From: Calditrichaceae bacterium
Lineage (GTDB): Bacteria > Calditrichota > Calditrichia > Calditrichales > JBFXGD01
DNA length: 64,000 nucleotides
Reading direction: 5' to 3'
NCBI GenBank assembly: GCA_050173015.1
Contig: JBFXLE010000005.1
Coordinates: 32,001 to 96,000 of the forward strand
The first letter of the stretch is position 1. The number at the start of each line of letters is the position of its first letter. Made by a program: the position numbers and the translations under genes. The notes beneath the pieces are model-generated. The model was not told the DNA's origin, ran no database searches, and saw nothing but the letters and a program-made list of their open reading frames with translations. This document shows, piece by piece, positions 48,364 through 58,983 of this stretch.

Positions 48364-48816
48364 TTACAATGAATCTGACACAATGTATATATATGGTTCT
48401 ATTAAATCGATAGTCTTAGGTCCGATTCTTTTGACTTTATCTAAATCATTGATCGATTTAAACGGACCATTTTGTTCCCGGTATTCAATTATCCTTTTAG
48501 CGGTTGCCGGACCGATTCTTGGGAGTTTTTCCAATTCTTTTTGTCCGGCGGTGTTAATATTGATGCTTTTTTGTTTCAGGATCTTATTAACTTTTCCCCT
48601 TGATGAAGATAATTCTCTTGTCTTTTCCTGCTGATTATAAAATGAGTTGATCGGACCGGCTTCCGATAAACTATTGAAAAGGCTATCCTGTAATTGATAA
48701 TCATAAAGATGTGTATTTATTCCCTGTGGTTTTAGCCATTGGACGAACAAACTGACCAGGACCACACCACCGATGATGAGAAGTGCTCTCCTTTCTGATG
48801 GAGTAAGGTTAAGCAT
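48364..48816 (-). CDS. ComEA-like helix-hairpin-helix DNA-binding protein
   Basis: N-terminal TM; ININTA..ELEKLPRIGPATAKRIIEYR..NGPF. Confidence 0.9.
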   Translation of the reverse strand: MLNLTPSERRALLIIGGVVLVSLFVQWLKPQGINTHLYDYQLQDSLFNSLSEAGPINSFYNQQEKTRELSSSRGKVNKILKQKSININTAGQKELEKLPRIGPATAKRIIEYREQNGPFKSINDLDKVKRIGPKTIDLIEPYIYIVSDSL

Positions 48817-48888
48817 ATGACATCCTTAATCAAACCGGGCTGTTTTTAAATAAGTTATGCTTTAAAACATGAAGATGAAATAAAAATA

Positions 48889-48926
48889 AAAAAAGCCGAT
48901 TCGGATTCACCGATTTCGGCTTTTTT
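48889..48926. terminator. Intrinsic terminator after dnaJ
   Basis: AAAAAAGCCGA...TCGGCTTTTTT. Confidence 0.8.
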
Positions 48927-48928
48927 AA

Positions 48929-50080
48929 CTAGATGTTTAAGGCTTCTTTAAATTTTTCAAAAATCGTCTTATGCTCATCTTCCTGTGGCTGCATATTTTC
49001 ACTTTTTTCCAATTCTGCCAGCATACTTTTCTCTTCATGATTCAGCTTGGTCGGTACAAAAACCTGTATTTGGATCAGTTGATCTCCAACGCCCGTTGAC
49101 TGTAAGTGCGGTATCCCTTTATTGCGCATCCGTAAAATCCTGCCGGATTGAGTACCCTGAGCGATATTGAGTTTCGCTTTTCCGGTGAGCGTCGGTATTT
49201 CCTTGGAAGCGCCAAGAGCCGCCTCGGGGAAACTCACAGGAAGTACCATGATTACATCGTCTCCGCGCCGTTCAAAAATTTTATGAGATAACTCTTCAAT
49301 AAATATAAGCAGGTCACCAGCCGCTCCGTTTCTTCGGCCGCTGTGCCCTTCTCCCTGCATAGGTATATAGTTTCCTGTTTTAACCCCCGCGGGCACATTT
49401 ACCTCAATTGTTTTACTATCCATAACACGCCCGTCACCGCTGCATGCGCGACATGGGTTTTCAATGATCTGTCCTTCTCCGTTACAACGGCTGCATGCCG
49501 CGACATTTACAAATTGACCGAATAATGATTGTGACACCTGTCTTACTTCTCCGCTGCCATGACAAGCGGGACAGGCCAGAGTCTTGCTGTACTGTGCCGA
49601 TCCTGATCCGCTGCATTCGGAACAAGGGACCATTTTTTTTACTTTTATTTTTTTCTTGGTACCCGTCGCGATCTCTTCAAGTGTCAGTTTCAGGGCGATT
49701 TGTAAATCACCACCTTTTCGGTTTGACGAGGCCCGTCTCCGGCCTCCGCCCCCGCCGAATATATCACCAAAACCAAAGCCCTGTTCCATAAACTGCCGCA
49801 AAGCGTCAGATATATCAAAATCCCCAAAATCCATCCCGTTAAAACCGCCGCCGGCAGCTCCCTGATGTCCAAACCGGTCATATCTCTGGCGCTTTGACTG
49901 ATCGCTTAAGACAGCATATGCTTCCGCGATTTCCTTAAACTTTTCTTCAGCGCCCTTGTCATCAGGATTTTTGTCCGGATGATATTTTAATGCTAATTTT
50001 CTGTAAGCCTTCTTGATCTCATCCGCGGCCGCGTTTCGATCGACTCCCAGTATTTCGTAATAGTCCCTCTTTGTTGTCAT
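48929..50080 (-). CDS. dnaJ: Chaperone DnaJ
   Basis: J domain with HPD, G/F region and four CxxCxGxG repeats. Confidence 0.97.
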   Translation of the reverse strand: MTTKRDYYEILGVDRNAAADEIKKAYRKLALKYHPDKNPDDKGAEEKFKEIAEAYAVLSDQSKRQRYDRFGHQGAAGGGFNGMDFGDFDISDALRQFMEQGFGFGDIFGGGGGRRRASSNRKGGDLQIALKLTLEEIATGTKKKIKVKKMVPCSECSGSGSAQYSKTLACPACHGSGEVRQVSQSLFGQFVNVAACSRCNGEGQIIENPCRACSGDGRVMDSKTIEVNVPAGVKTGNYIPMQGEGHSGRRNGAAGDLLIFIEELSHKIFERRGDDVIMVLPVSFPEAALGASKEIPTLTGKAKLNIAQGTQSGRILRMRNKGIPHLQSTGVGDQLIQIQVFVPTKLNHEEKSMLAELEKSENMQPQEDEHKTIFEKFKEALNI

Positions 50081-50089
50081 TATTTCACC

Positions 50090-50722
50090 TTATTTTGCTA
50101 CCAGAACCTGCGAATGCCGAATTACTTTACCGTTAAGATTATATCCCTTTAGATGCTCATCAACCACGTATCCACTCTCATATTTATCTGAATCCACCTG
50201 AACGAGAGCCTGGTGTTTTTCAGGATCAAATTCCTCACCGACAGCGTTGATGGGCTGCAATCCCTTCTTTTGAAGGAGGTTCATCAGATTTTTATAGATT
50301 AATTTGACCCCATCTTTTATCGAATGGGAATTATTTTCATCATCTGCGTGAAGAATTGAGCGTTCCAAATCGTCAATTATCGTTAAAATATCTAAAATCA
50401 GGCCTTCATTCGCGTATTCTATTAATTGAATCGCTTCTTTTTCTCTCCGGTTTTTATAATTTTCAAATTCAGCCGATATCCGCAATATTTTGTCTTTTAA
50501 TTGTTTATTTTCTTCTTCATTGTTTTTCTTTTCCGCGTCCAGTTTTTCCAATCGCGCTTCAAGTTCGGCTATTTTTTTATCTTCTTTTGACTTTGTTTTT
50601 TTTGTTTTGCCTTTTGTGTTCTTTTCTTCTATTTCGATCTCAACGGATTCGTCCGGGTTAAGATTTTCATCCGTTTTTACAGTATCCATTTTTATCCCTT
50701 TTTTCTGATCTTTACCTGACAT
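50090..50722 (-). CDS. grpE: Nucleotide exchange factor GrpE
   Basis: AEFENYKNR, DDLER, FDPEKHQA, GYNLNGKVIR. Confidence 0.95.
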   Translation of the reverse strand: MSGKDQKKGIKMDTVKTDENLNPDESVEIEIEEKNTKGKTKKTKSKEDKKIAELEARLEKLDAEKKNNEEENKQLKDKILRISAEFENYKNRREKEAIQLIEYANEGLILDILTIIDDLERSILHADDENNSHSIKDGVKLIYKNLMNLLQKKGLQPINAVGEEFDPEKHQALVQVDSDKYESGYVVDEHLKGYNLNGKVIRHSQVLVAK

Positions 50723-50812
50723 TTTTCCCTCAATATTTATCATTAAAAAAGGCCCATTCTGAAAGAAAAATGAACCTCGGTTAATCTTTCCTAATAATTT
50801 TTCACTTCCAAA

Positions 50813-51838
50813 TCATGCAAAATTCAGTTTTTGGGTGATTGCCAGAGCGAAATAATCGACAAGTGGAATCACTTTTCCATATGCCATCCTGGTTGGGCCA
50901 ATCACACCTACAACTCCTGAAACATTTCCCACGCGATATGTTGAAGTTATAACGCTGCAGTCCTTAATTTGTTCTTCATCATGTTCATGGCCGATCGTAA
51001 TCTTTATGCCGGGAGGATCTTCCCGTTTCCCCATAAAATGAATGATAATATCTTTATCCTCTATCATTTCGATAAGAGATGAAAATCGGCTGATATCCGA
51101 AAATTCCGGTTGATTTATAATATTACGCGTACCGTCGACGGAATAATTCTCATAACGTGAAAAATCAAACAGCCGGTCGGCGTTCTCTGTAAAAAGCCTG
51201 ATCAGGCCGGTTTCTTCATTATAAAAATCCTCCATCACTACGGCAAAGGTTTTTCGAATCTCGAACAAGGTTTTCCCGCAGAAACGCTGATTGATTTTAA
51301 CAAGCACGCGTTTGATGGATTCTTTCTTAATTTTTTGCTTCACTTCAAGAAGAATCGTCTTAACTTGCCCCGAACTAACGGTCATGATCACCAGCCATTT
51401 ATCTGAAGCCAGGGGCACAATCTGCATATTTTCGAAAATCGCATGATAAAACTTCGGAGTGACTACAATACTTAATTGCCGTGATATGGCCGCGAGAATA
51501 CCCGCAACCTCATCCATCAGATGATCGACATCACCGTTAAAATTCTCCAGCGTGTCTTGAATTAAATTCTTCTGATTATTGCTAATCTGCTGCTGATTAA
51601 TTATTTCATCCACATAAAACCTGTATCCTTTAGTGGTCGGGATCCTACCCGCGGAAGTATGCGGATGCGCCAGATAACCTTCTTCCTCCAGATTAGCCAT
51701 GATCTTCCGGATCGATGCCGGCGCGAGACCGGTACTGCTTTTCTCAGCCAGCGTTTTTGATCCTATCGGATTCGCGGTCATGATAAACTCATGAATCACC
51801 GATTGCAGTATGGACTTTTCTCTCAGTTTTAACGACAT
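50813..51838 (-). CDS. hrcA: Heat-inducible transcription repressor HrcA
   Basis: PIGSK, IRKIMANLEEEGYL.HPHTSAGRIPT.KGYR.YVD, GVIGPTRM.Y. Confidence 0.95.
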   Translation of the reverse strand: MSLKLREKSILQSVIHEFIMTANPIGSKTLAEKSSTGLAPASIRKIMANLEEEGYLAHPHTSAGRIPTTKGYRFYVDEIINQQQISNNQKNLIQDTLENFNGDVDHLMDEVAGILAAISRQLSIVVTPKFYHAIFENMQIVPLASDKWLVIMTVSSGQVKTILLEVKQKIKKESIKRVLVKINQRFCGKTLFEIRKTFAVVMEDFYNEETGLIRLFTENADRLFDFSRYENYSVDGTRNIINQPEFSDISRFSSLIEMIEDKDIIIHFMGKREDPPGIKITIGHEHDEEQIKDCSVITSTYRVGNVSGVVGVIGPTRMAYGKVIPLVDYFALAITQKLNFA

Positions 51839-52137
51839 AATCCTGACATTTATTTAATATGTATAAGTCTGTAAATATAAAATGTATGATCTGATCTGTC
51901 AAGATTATTAGATTCGGGAATGATTTTAAAGATACAGACCGTGTCAACAGCTTGTTACGATGAGGACAACTGGATTTTATCGATTTTGACTGTGGAATAC
52001 GATGAAGATGATAGGATAAATTAATCTGATCTTTTTTCTGAATCAGGAAAGTCTGCAGAATTTAAATGTAAGATACATTCCTAAAAATCTGCAGACCATT
52101 CTGGATCATTGATTACTTGTGATACTCAACCGTCGTT

Positions 52138-52413
52138 TTAGTAACGACGGCCTCTGCCACCGCGATCATCCCTTTTTTCCTTCGCTTCGTTTACGCGCAG
52201 GTTCCTGCCGCCAAATTCGAAGTCATTCAAAGCTTCAATTGCCTGATCGGCATCATCCTTGTCCATTTCAACAAAACCGAATCCTCTGGCTCTTCCGGTC
52301 TCCCGATCGGTGACCAGTTTCACGGAAAGAACTTTGCCATGCTGTGCGAACAAGTCTTTGATTTCCTCTTCAGATGCACTGAATGGCAGGTTGCCAACGT
52401 AAATTGTCTTCAT
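52138..52413 (-). CDS. RRM (RNP-1) RNA-binding protein
   Basis: RNP2 IYVGNL, RNP1 RGFGFVEM and an RGG-like tail. Confidence 0.95.
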   Translation of the reverse strand: MKTIYVGNLPFSASEEEIKDLFAQHGKVLSVKLVTDRETGRARGFGFVEMDKDDADQAIEALNDFEFGGRNLRVNEAKEKRDDRGGRGRRY

Positions 52414-52808
52414 AACTCTTAACTCCTGTAAAGGTAATAACTTCCCATCAGCCCGGATGTGAACGCGGCGCGGCTCAAACGAACTAATGAATCATCTAAC
52501 TTCTCCGCGGAAACAAATTCCGCGGAGCCACTCAACATGCTCTATAATTTTATTTCACAATCTTCATTTTGCCAAATCACCTGTCCGTACAGTAAATTTG
52601 AGATCACATTCCAACCTGATATGAAAACATACCAATTCTCCAAAAACTTCATCACTCGGGCACTTAGCCAATCTGAATTCAAAAATCAGAGAAGAATCAA
52701 TGAGGTATCTATCTATCAGAAGCAGTTAAGACAAGACAAATGCAAATATGATCTCCACTCCCCAAACAGAACCCGGCAATTACCGTACGTCGTCATTATT
52801 TTAGTAAC

Positions 52809-53078
52809 TTAGTATCGACGTCCCTGATTTGGCGCCTTTTTTTCTTTTGCTTCATTAACACGAATATTGCGCCCGCCCATCTCGGCGCCATCAAGAGCCT
52901 CAATCGCTGTTTCAGCTTCATTATCATCCATCTCAACAAAACCAAAACCACGCGGCCTGCCTGTTTCACGATCGGTTATTAATTTAACTGATTGAACCGT
53001 ACCATGCTGCCCAAACAGATCCCTTAGTTCATCTTCAGTTGCGCTAAAAGGCAGGTTGCCCACGTAAATCGTCTTCAT
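52809..53078 (-). CDS. RRM (RNP-1) RNA-binding protein, paralog
   Basis: IYVGNLPF, RGFGFVEM and an AGGAG RBS before ATG 53078. Confidence 0.95.
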   Translation of the reverse strand: MKTIYVGNLPFSATEDELRDLFGQHGTVQSVKLITDRETGRPRGFGFVEMDDNEAETAIEALDGAEMGGRNIRVNEAKEKKAPNQGRRY

Positions 53079-53130
53079 TTTTTTCTCCTGTAATGATTGA
53101 ACCATTTGCCATCGGTTGGCACTATAGCAA

Positions 53131-53988
53131 CTAAATATATTTTAAATGTTTTGAAATACTCATCTTGCTGGAGAATAGACCTATCATAATTCCAAATAAT
53201 ACTAATATCACATATATTTCCGGTTTGAAAACTAAATATGGATAAATAAATGATTTTATTGTAATAATGATGAGATAGATGAAAAAATTGGCAAGGAGTG
53301 CGCCTGTTAATCCCTGTATAAATCCTTCTACCAAAAACGGCCGCCTGATAAACGCGTCGGTTGCCCCAACCAGATTCATAATCTCTATAATGTCCCTTCT
53401 GGCATAAATGGTCAATCTGACCGTATTATATAACAAAACAACTGCAATAACAACTAAAAATAAACCAATTATTCCTCCTGCTAAATAAATTATTTTCAAA
53501 TAATGGTCAATTAACGCCAAAAGATCCTTCTGGTAGATCACTTCATCTACCCCGTCAATCTGACCAATTTTATCGGAAATTGACCTAACCGATCTCGCCG
53601 TTCGATATCCATCCAAGACCGTAACCGTGCATGATGCCGGTAAAGGATTAGTGTCCAGAACGTCATAAATATCGCGGCCGAATTCCTTTTTAAATCTTTG
53701 CGCGGCCTGATCTTTTGACAGATATAATACCTGATTCACACCTTCAATGCTAGCTATGGCATCTTTGATCAACCGTCCGCTTTTCTCGCTTATTCCGCTC
53801 TCAATGAAAACTTCCAGCTCCATTCTGGAACGAAACTCACTAATCCATTGATCAAGATTCAAGGAGAGAATAAGAAATACGCCGATCAAGACATGTGAAA
53901 ACGCAATCGACGTTATCGTAATGGTTGAAGACAATCTGGCTCTTTTAAAGCCTTTTAGTCCCTCTTTAATTGTAAACCAAAAATTCAT
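53131..53988 (-). CDS. ftsX: Cell division permease FtsX
   Basis: NPLPAS, NTVRLTIYARRDIIEIMNLVGAT..FIRRPFLVEG; overlaps ftsE. Confidence 0.92.
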   Translation of the reverse strand: MNFWFTIKEGLKGFKRARLSSTITITSIAFSHVLIGVFLILSLNLDQWISEFRSRMELEVFIESGISEKSGRLIKDAIASIEGVNQVLYLSKDQAAQRFKKEFGRDIYDVLDTNPLPASCTVTVLDGYRTARSVRSISDKIGQIDGVDEVIYQKDLLALIDHYLKIIYLAGGIIGLFLVVIAVVLLYNTVRLTIYARRDIIEIMNLVGATDAFIRRPFLVEGFIQGLTGALLANFFIYLIIITIKSFIYPYLVFKPEIYVILVLFGIMIGLFSSKMSISKHLKYI

Positions 53989-54638
53989 TCCTGTCTAAGG
54001 ATTCCTTTATCAGCTTTAATTGTGCGGTTAGGAAAACGGCTCACAATATTATTATCATGTGTTGCCATCAATACTGCCGTACCCTGATGATTAATTTTTT
54101 CAAGTATCTTTACGATCTCCAGCGAAGAGTGATCATCCAGATTTCCGGTAGGTTCGTCGGCCAGAACAATTATCGGATCGTTTACTATGGCCCGGGCAAT
54201 GGCCACACGCTGTTGTTCGCCACCGGATAATTCGGCCGGATAATGGTTACGCTTATGTCCAAGATTTACTTCTGCAAGTACACGCATCACTTTTCGCTTA
54301 ATCTCCGCTCCTTTTACCCCGGTAACACGTAAAGCGAACGCGACATTATCGAATACGTTCCGGTCCTGCAGCAGTTTAAAATCCTGAAAAACTACGCCTA
54401 CCTTTCTCCGAAGATAGGGAATTTCTTTTTCCCGTATTTTTGCGGAGCTGAAATTTTCAACAACCACCATGCCCTCACTGGGAAATAAATCCATATATAT
54501 CAACCTGAGAATTGTTGATTTACCTGCTCCGCTTGCTCCAACCAGATAAACAAATTCACCTTTCAGCATGCGGAATGTTATATTTCTTAAAATAGATTTT
54601 CCGTCAATATCTACGGCGACATTATAGAATTCTATCAT
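53985..54638 (-). CDS. ftsE: Cell division ATPase FtsE
   Basis: [40 protein letters not shown]. Confidence 0.93.
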   Translation of the reverse strand: MIEFYNVAVDIDGKSILRNITFRMLKGEFVYLVGASGAGKSTILRLIYMDLFPSEGMVVVENFSSAKIREKEIPYLRRKVGVVFQDFKLLQDRNVFDNVAFALRVTGVKGAEIKRKVMRVLAEVNLGHKRNHYPAELSGGEQQRVAIARAIVNDPIIVLADEPTGNLDDHSSLEIVKILEKINHQGTAVLMATHDNNIVSRFPNRTIKADKGILRQE

Positions 54639-55399
54639 TGATCTGTTTTCTTTTTACATAAAAAATGCACTCGTTCAGAACGGTCATCCGCTTCCCGATA
54701 AGTAAAATTATCATAAACAGCTATTATTTCGAATGAGCCCGGTATCAGTATTTTTTTCCATTCGGCAATTGCTCTTATTTTTTGAGCGTGTAATTCTGTG
54801 TACCTGTCGTTGCCTTCATAAATAGTGAACTCATTATATTGGATGCCGGACTTTTTTTCGTACCAGCTGTGCCGCTCATAACCCGAATTACTCCAGGAGT
54901 TCTTTTCATGGTAATCAGAAAAATTCTGGATGCAAATATCCGGCGTCACAACATCAAATATAAATAAACCCCCTCTTTTTAATATTCTAAAAACTTCCTC
55001 GAAGAGCTTTGTCAATTTTTCATCTTCAACAAAATAATTAATCGAATCATACAACATCAAAACAATATCAAATTTGTTATCTTTTATACCTGCCGCTGAA
55101 GCATCGCTGCAGAAATAGAAGAATCCGGATGTCCGGGTTTTAGATTTCGCTCTTTTAAGCATGGAGGAAGATAAATCACTTCCATAAATTTTCCAGTTTT
55201 CAGAAATTAAATTTGGAAGCAGCTTGCCGGTGCCACATGAAATATCTGCAATATATTTCACTTTCAGGTCGCTATATGAAAATAATGGCTTAAGGTAGCT
55301 TGCCCATTGTTTGTAATCGACATGATTCATTATTCTGTCATAATATCGGGCCAGGTATGAATATTGCGGAACCCGGAGGTTGTCTGTCTCATTAAACAT
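54635..55399 (-). CDS. Class I SAM-dependent methyltransferase
   Basis: DISCGTG, DLSSSML, YDSINY, LKRGGLFIFD. Confidence 0.9.
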   Translation of the reverse strand: MFNETDNLRVPQYSYLARYYDRIMNHVDYKQWASYLKPLFSYSDLKVKYIADISCGTGKLLPNLISENWKIYGSDLSSSMLKRAKSKTRTSGFFYFCSDASAAGIKDNKFDIVLMLYDSINYFVEDEKLTKLFEEVFRILKRGGLFIFDVVTPDICIQNFSDYHEKNSWSNSGYERHSWYEKKSGIQYNEFTIYEGNDRYTELHAQKIRAIAEWKKILIPGSFEIIAVYDNFTYREADDRSERVHFLCKKKTDQ

Positions 55400-55598
55400 T
55401 TGATACTCTAATAAAATTTAATATTGACAGACTATTTGAAATATACAGAAACAAGAAGGTCTGAGCATTTTTTTGGGAAATCGCTTAAAAATACTGTAAA
55501 TTGATTTAGTTTGAATATATTGAAACTTTTTATTCAAATTCAAGCCAAATCATTTTTTTTTAAATCAAAATGTTTTATGGAGCCTGCACAAGCTCAAT

Positions 55599-57644
55599 AT
55601 GATTAGTTTTTTAAACTCTATTTTATTACCGGCGCTCGCTGCGGCGGCTATTCCGCTGTTAATTCACTTTTTTAATCGGCAGAAAACAAAAAAAATCGAA
55701 TTCAGTTCTCTCCGTTTTCTTAAACTTCTGGAGAGTAAAAGAATACGCCAGGTGAAACTCTATCAAATTCTGCTGATCATATTGAGAACCCTGTTTATTT
55801 TGTTCATCGTATTGGCGTTTACCAGGCCAACGGTCACTGAGAATCTCCCGTCAATAACAACCCCGGCAAATACTACCGCAGTTATAATACTGGATGATTC
55901 TTACAGCATGCGCGGCTATGCCGGCTCAATTACGAGGTTCGAGCAAGCGATCCTTCATATGAGAGAACAGATTGGTTTGTTCAATCACGACGATCGCGTT
56001 TTTTTACTTACACCTTCAAAAATTAATTCGCCCGTTCAAATTAATACACAGGATATCTCTAATCTACCTGAGCCGACATTTTTATCTCCTGATTTCACAA
56101 ATATCTTAAGGAACGCATCCGAAATATTTGAAAAATATCCCAATTATAACAAAGAATTATATATATACAGTGATTTTCAAGTTTCGCGGATAGCAAACCC
56201 CGATTCCATCGATTCAATTTTCAAGGATGAAACCATCCGGACGTTTCTTATAGATGTTACCGGAAGCCATGCATTCGAGAATGCCGGTATTGATACCGTC
56301 ATCGTTCAAAATCAGTTGTTTGAACGTGACAAACCTGTCAATCTCACAGTCCGTGTGCGTAATTTTAGCGAAGATTCCGGAATCAGCTTACCGGTTAACC
56401 TGTATGCCGGTGATACAAGAGTCGCAATGGAACAGGTAAAACTTGAGCCTTCCGCCGTAAACAATGTGGAGATGGCTTTTGTACCCAATAAAACCGGGCA
56501 GCAACTAATGCATGTGGAACTTGAGGATGATGATTTATCTGCTGATAATTATTACTATTTTTCTATCAATGTACCTGAAAAGTTATCCGTCCTTTTTGTT
56601 GACGATCAGACTACACCATTTTTAAATCACGCGGTCGAGGTGCTTTCTCTAAATACAATCTTCAATATTGAACATCTTGGTTATTCCGCCTGGCAAGGCG
56701 CGAATTTTGACAAATTTGATCTTATTGTGCTGAATGATCCCGGATTTATACCAAATGAGACCGCCGGGCGTTTGGCTTCTTTTGTAAAGAACGGGAAAAG
56801 TATCATCCTTATCCCAGGCAGTCAAATGACAATAACAGAATTAAATTCCGTTATTAATATGTTTGGAATAAAAAATTGTTTTGTTGATTTTAAATCAACC
56901 AATGAAAATGATTCCTATTATTCATTACGCCCGGTTGATACAATTAGCCCATTGTTCAGTCTGCTTTTTTCCGGAAACGCGCCTGAATTAGACATGCCTA
57001 AAGTATATCGGTATTTTAGAATAAAGGGCGTGGGAAATACGTTATTGAGTTTTAATAACGGAGATCCATTTCTGTCGGAAATAACATTTTCGGACCCCGC
57101 GGCCGGTTCATTATTTATTTTCAGTTCCCTGTTTGAATTGTCCTGGACTGATTTTCCCGTAAAGGGTCTTTTTGTGCCGATGCTTTACCGGAGTTTTTAC
57201 TTTGCGGCGCAAAAAGATCTTCAGTCTATGGAGCAGGTGCAGACCGGTGATCTATTTTATTTATCGAGGCCCGATCTTTCTTTTCAGAATTCGTATTCGG
57301 TGCAACCGCCGGGAAAGGATAAACTCGATATCGTTCCTGAGCAATCATCATCAGGCTTGAGATTTAAATTTGAAAATATCGATCAGCCCGGCCATTATCA
57401 TTTGTATTCAGAGGATGTGCCCATACAGTCTTTTGCGGTGAATATTTCATCAAAAGAATTACGGCGTCCTTATCAGAGTTTTGATAAAATCACTTCCCGG
57501 GTTTTTAAATTTGAAGGGGGCGATCCTGTTAAGGAGCAGATACTGAATGCCAGACGCGGTTTCGAATTGTGGTATATATTTTTATTTCTTGCTTTGTGTA
57601 CATTAATAACCGAAATGATAGTAATAAAAAAAATGGAACGCTAA
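55599..57644 (+). CDS. BatA-domain / vWA membrane protein
   Basis: BatA N-terminus (IPLLIHFFNR...FSSLRFL), MIDAS LDDSYSM, Ig/CARDB-like and GATase-like segments, C-terminal TM. Confidence 0.85.
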   Translation: MISFLNSILLPALAAAAIPLLIHFFNRQKTKKIEFSSLRFLKLLESKRIRQVKLYQILLIILRTLFILFIVLAFTRPTVTENLPSITTPANTTAVIILDDSYSMRGYAGSITRFEQAILHMREQIGLFNHDDRVFLLTPSKINSPVQINTQDISNLPEPTFLSPDFTNILRNASEIFEKYPNYNKELYIYSDFQVSRIANPDSIDSIFKDETIRTFLIDVTGSHAFENAGIDTVIVQNQLFERDKPVNLTVRVRNFSEDSGISLPVNLYAGDTRVAMEQVKLEPSAVNNVEMAFVPNKTGQQLMHVELEDDDLSADNYYYFSINVPEKLSVLFVDDQTTPFLNHAVEVLSLNTIFNIEHLGYSAWQGANFDKFDLIVLNDPGFIPNETAGRLASFVKNGKSIILIPGSQMTITELNSVINMFGIKNCFVDFKSTNENDSYYSLRPVDTISPLFSLLFSGNAPELDMPKVYRYFRIKGVGNTLLSFNNGDPFLSEITFSDPAAGSLFIFSSLFELSWTDFPVKGLFVPMLYRSFYFAAQKDLQSMEQVQTGDLFYLSRPDLSFQNSYSVQPPGKDKLDIVPEQSSSGLRFKFENIDQPGHYHLYSEDVPIQSFAVNISSKELRRPYQSFDKITSRVFKFEGGDPVKEQILNARRGFELWYIFLFLALCTLITEMIVIKKMER

Positions 57645-57681
57645 TTTTTAATTTCGACCGCATAAAATTTGTTATAGGTAA

Positions 57682-58974
57682 ATGGAGAATATGACAGACC
57701 TACAATCGAATGACATAAGCTTAAAAGTTGAACGTTGTCTGCTTGCCGGAATCGTTCAGCATCAACAATCCCGGTGGGAAGTTGAGGAACATCTCAACGA
57801 ACTTTCCGCTCTGGCAAAAACGGCAGGCGCCGAAGTTCTGGATACTGTTATCCAGGAAAAGAATTCACCGGATCCGGCATATTTTCTGGGGAAGGGGAAG
57901 GTAGAAGAAATAGCCCTGCGAGTTGAAATGGACGCGGTGAATCTCATTATTTTTGATGATGAACTCAGTCCCGCGCAAGTGAGAAATCTGGAGAAGGTAT
58001 TATCCGTCAAAGTCATCGACCGGACAGCTCTTATTCTTGATATTTTTGCGCTGCACGCCAGATCAAGCGAGGCAAGAACCCAGGTCGAACTGGCCCAGCT
58101 CAACTATTTACTGCCCAGACTTACCCGGCAGTGGCAGCATTTATCAAGGCAGGTCGGTGGTATTGGGACAAAAGGGCCTGGTGAAACCCAGCTTGAGACC
58201 GACAGAAGGCTTATTCGAACTCGCATCTCAAGACTTAAACATGATCTTAAACGAATTGAAAAACACAATATCACACAACGGGAGCAACGGGAATCTGTCT
58301 TTCGGGCTGCTTTAATAGGATATACCAATGCCGGAAAATCAACATTGATGAATGCGCTTACAGATGCTGACGTTCTCGTTGAAGATCAGTTGTTTGCCAC
58401 GCTGGATACCACTATTCGCAGACTCCAGCTGAATTCCGGAACCACTCTTCTGATCAGTGATACTGTGGGATTCATCCGAAAACTGCCGCATCAGTTAGTC
58501 GCGTCATTTAAAACGACTCTTGCCGAAACGACCAGCGCTGATTTGCTTGTTCATGTTGTGGATGTATCACATCCGCAATTCTCTGATCATATTGAAGTCG
58601 TCAATAATTTATTTACTGAATTAAAAATTTCAAACAAAGAGCGGCTTCTGATTTTTAATAAAGTTGACCAGGTTAAGCAGAACGGAATTCTGAACCAAAT
58701 TAAGGCGAGATATCCTGATGCCATTTTCGTTTCAGGAAAACGGGGGATTGGAGTACAGAATTTAAAAGACCGGCTTGGTGAAATTGTTGAATCCGGATTT
58801 GAAACAGAACAAATACGTCTGAATTTCCACTCAGGATCCGCTGAATATCTCATCCGGCCGCTGGCGCGAGTGCTTGAAAAAACCTTTGATGATGAATATA
58901 TTTATCTGACCATAAAGTATCCGCGTGAAAATAAATCCAAGATTGATGCGGTAACAAGCCAGTATAAATGTTAG
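57682..58974 (+). CDS. hflX: Ribosome-splitting GTPase HflX
   Basis: GPGETQLETDRR, GYTNAGKS, LFATLDT, DTVGFI, NKVD. Confidence 0.96.
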   Translation: MENMTDLQSNDISLKVERCLLAGIVQHQQSRWEVEEHLNELSALAKTAGAEVLDTVIQEKNSPDPAYFLGKGKVEEIALRVEMDAVNLIIFDDELSPAQVRNLEKVLSVKVIDRTALILDIFALHARSSEARTQVELAQLNYLLPRLTRQWQHLSRQVGGIGTKGPGETQLETDRRLIRTRISRLKHDLKRIEKHNITQREQRESVFRAALIGYTNAGKSTLMNALTDADVLVEDQLFATLDTTIRRLQLNSGTTLLISDTVGFIRKLPHQLVASFKTTLAETTSADLLVHVVDVSHPQFSDHIEVVNNLFTELKISNKERLLIFNKVDQVKQNGILNQIKARYPDAIFVSGKRGIGVQNLKDRLGEIVESGFETEQIRLNFHSGSAEYLIRPLARVLEKTFDDEYIYLTIKYPRENKSKIDAVTSQYKC

Positions 58975-58983
58975 GGTTACGCT

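Noticed and set aside
48841..48870. Operator-like inverted repeat upstream of comEA (TGTTTTTAAA...TTTAAAACA)
   Set aside because: It is imperfect and almost entirely A/T, so it is likely to occur by chance in AT-rich intergenic DNA.
52459..52812. 117-aa ORF between the RRM genes
   Set aside because: GTG start without an RBS, antisense to the local gene flow, overlapping the presumed promoter and leader, and no recognisable motif.
53107..53130. CIRCE half-site or sigma54 promoter (TTGGCACT)
   Set aside because: There is no matching GAGTGCTAA arm and no TTGC at the -12 position. It is better explained as a small TGCCA/TGGCA hairpin.
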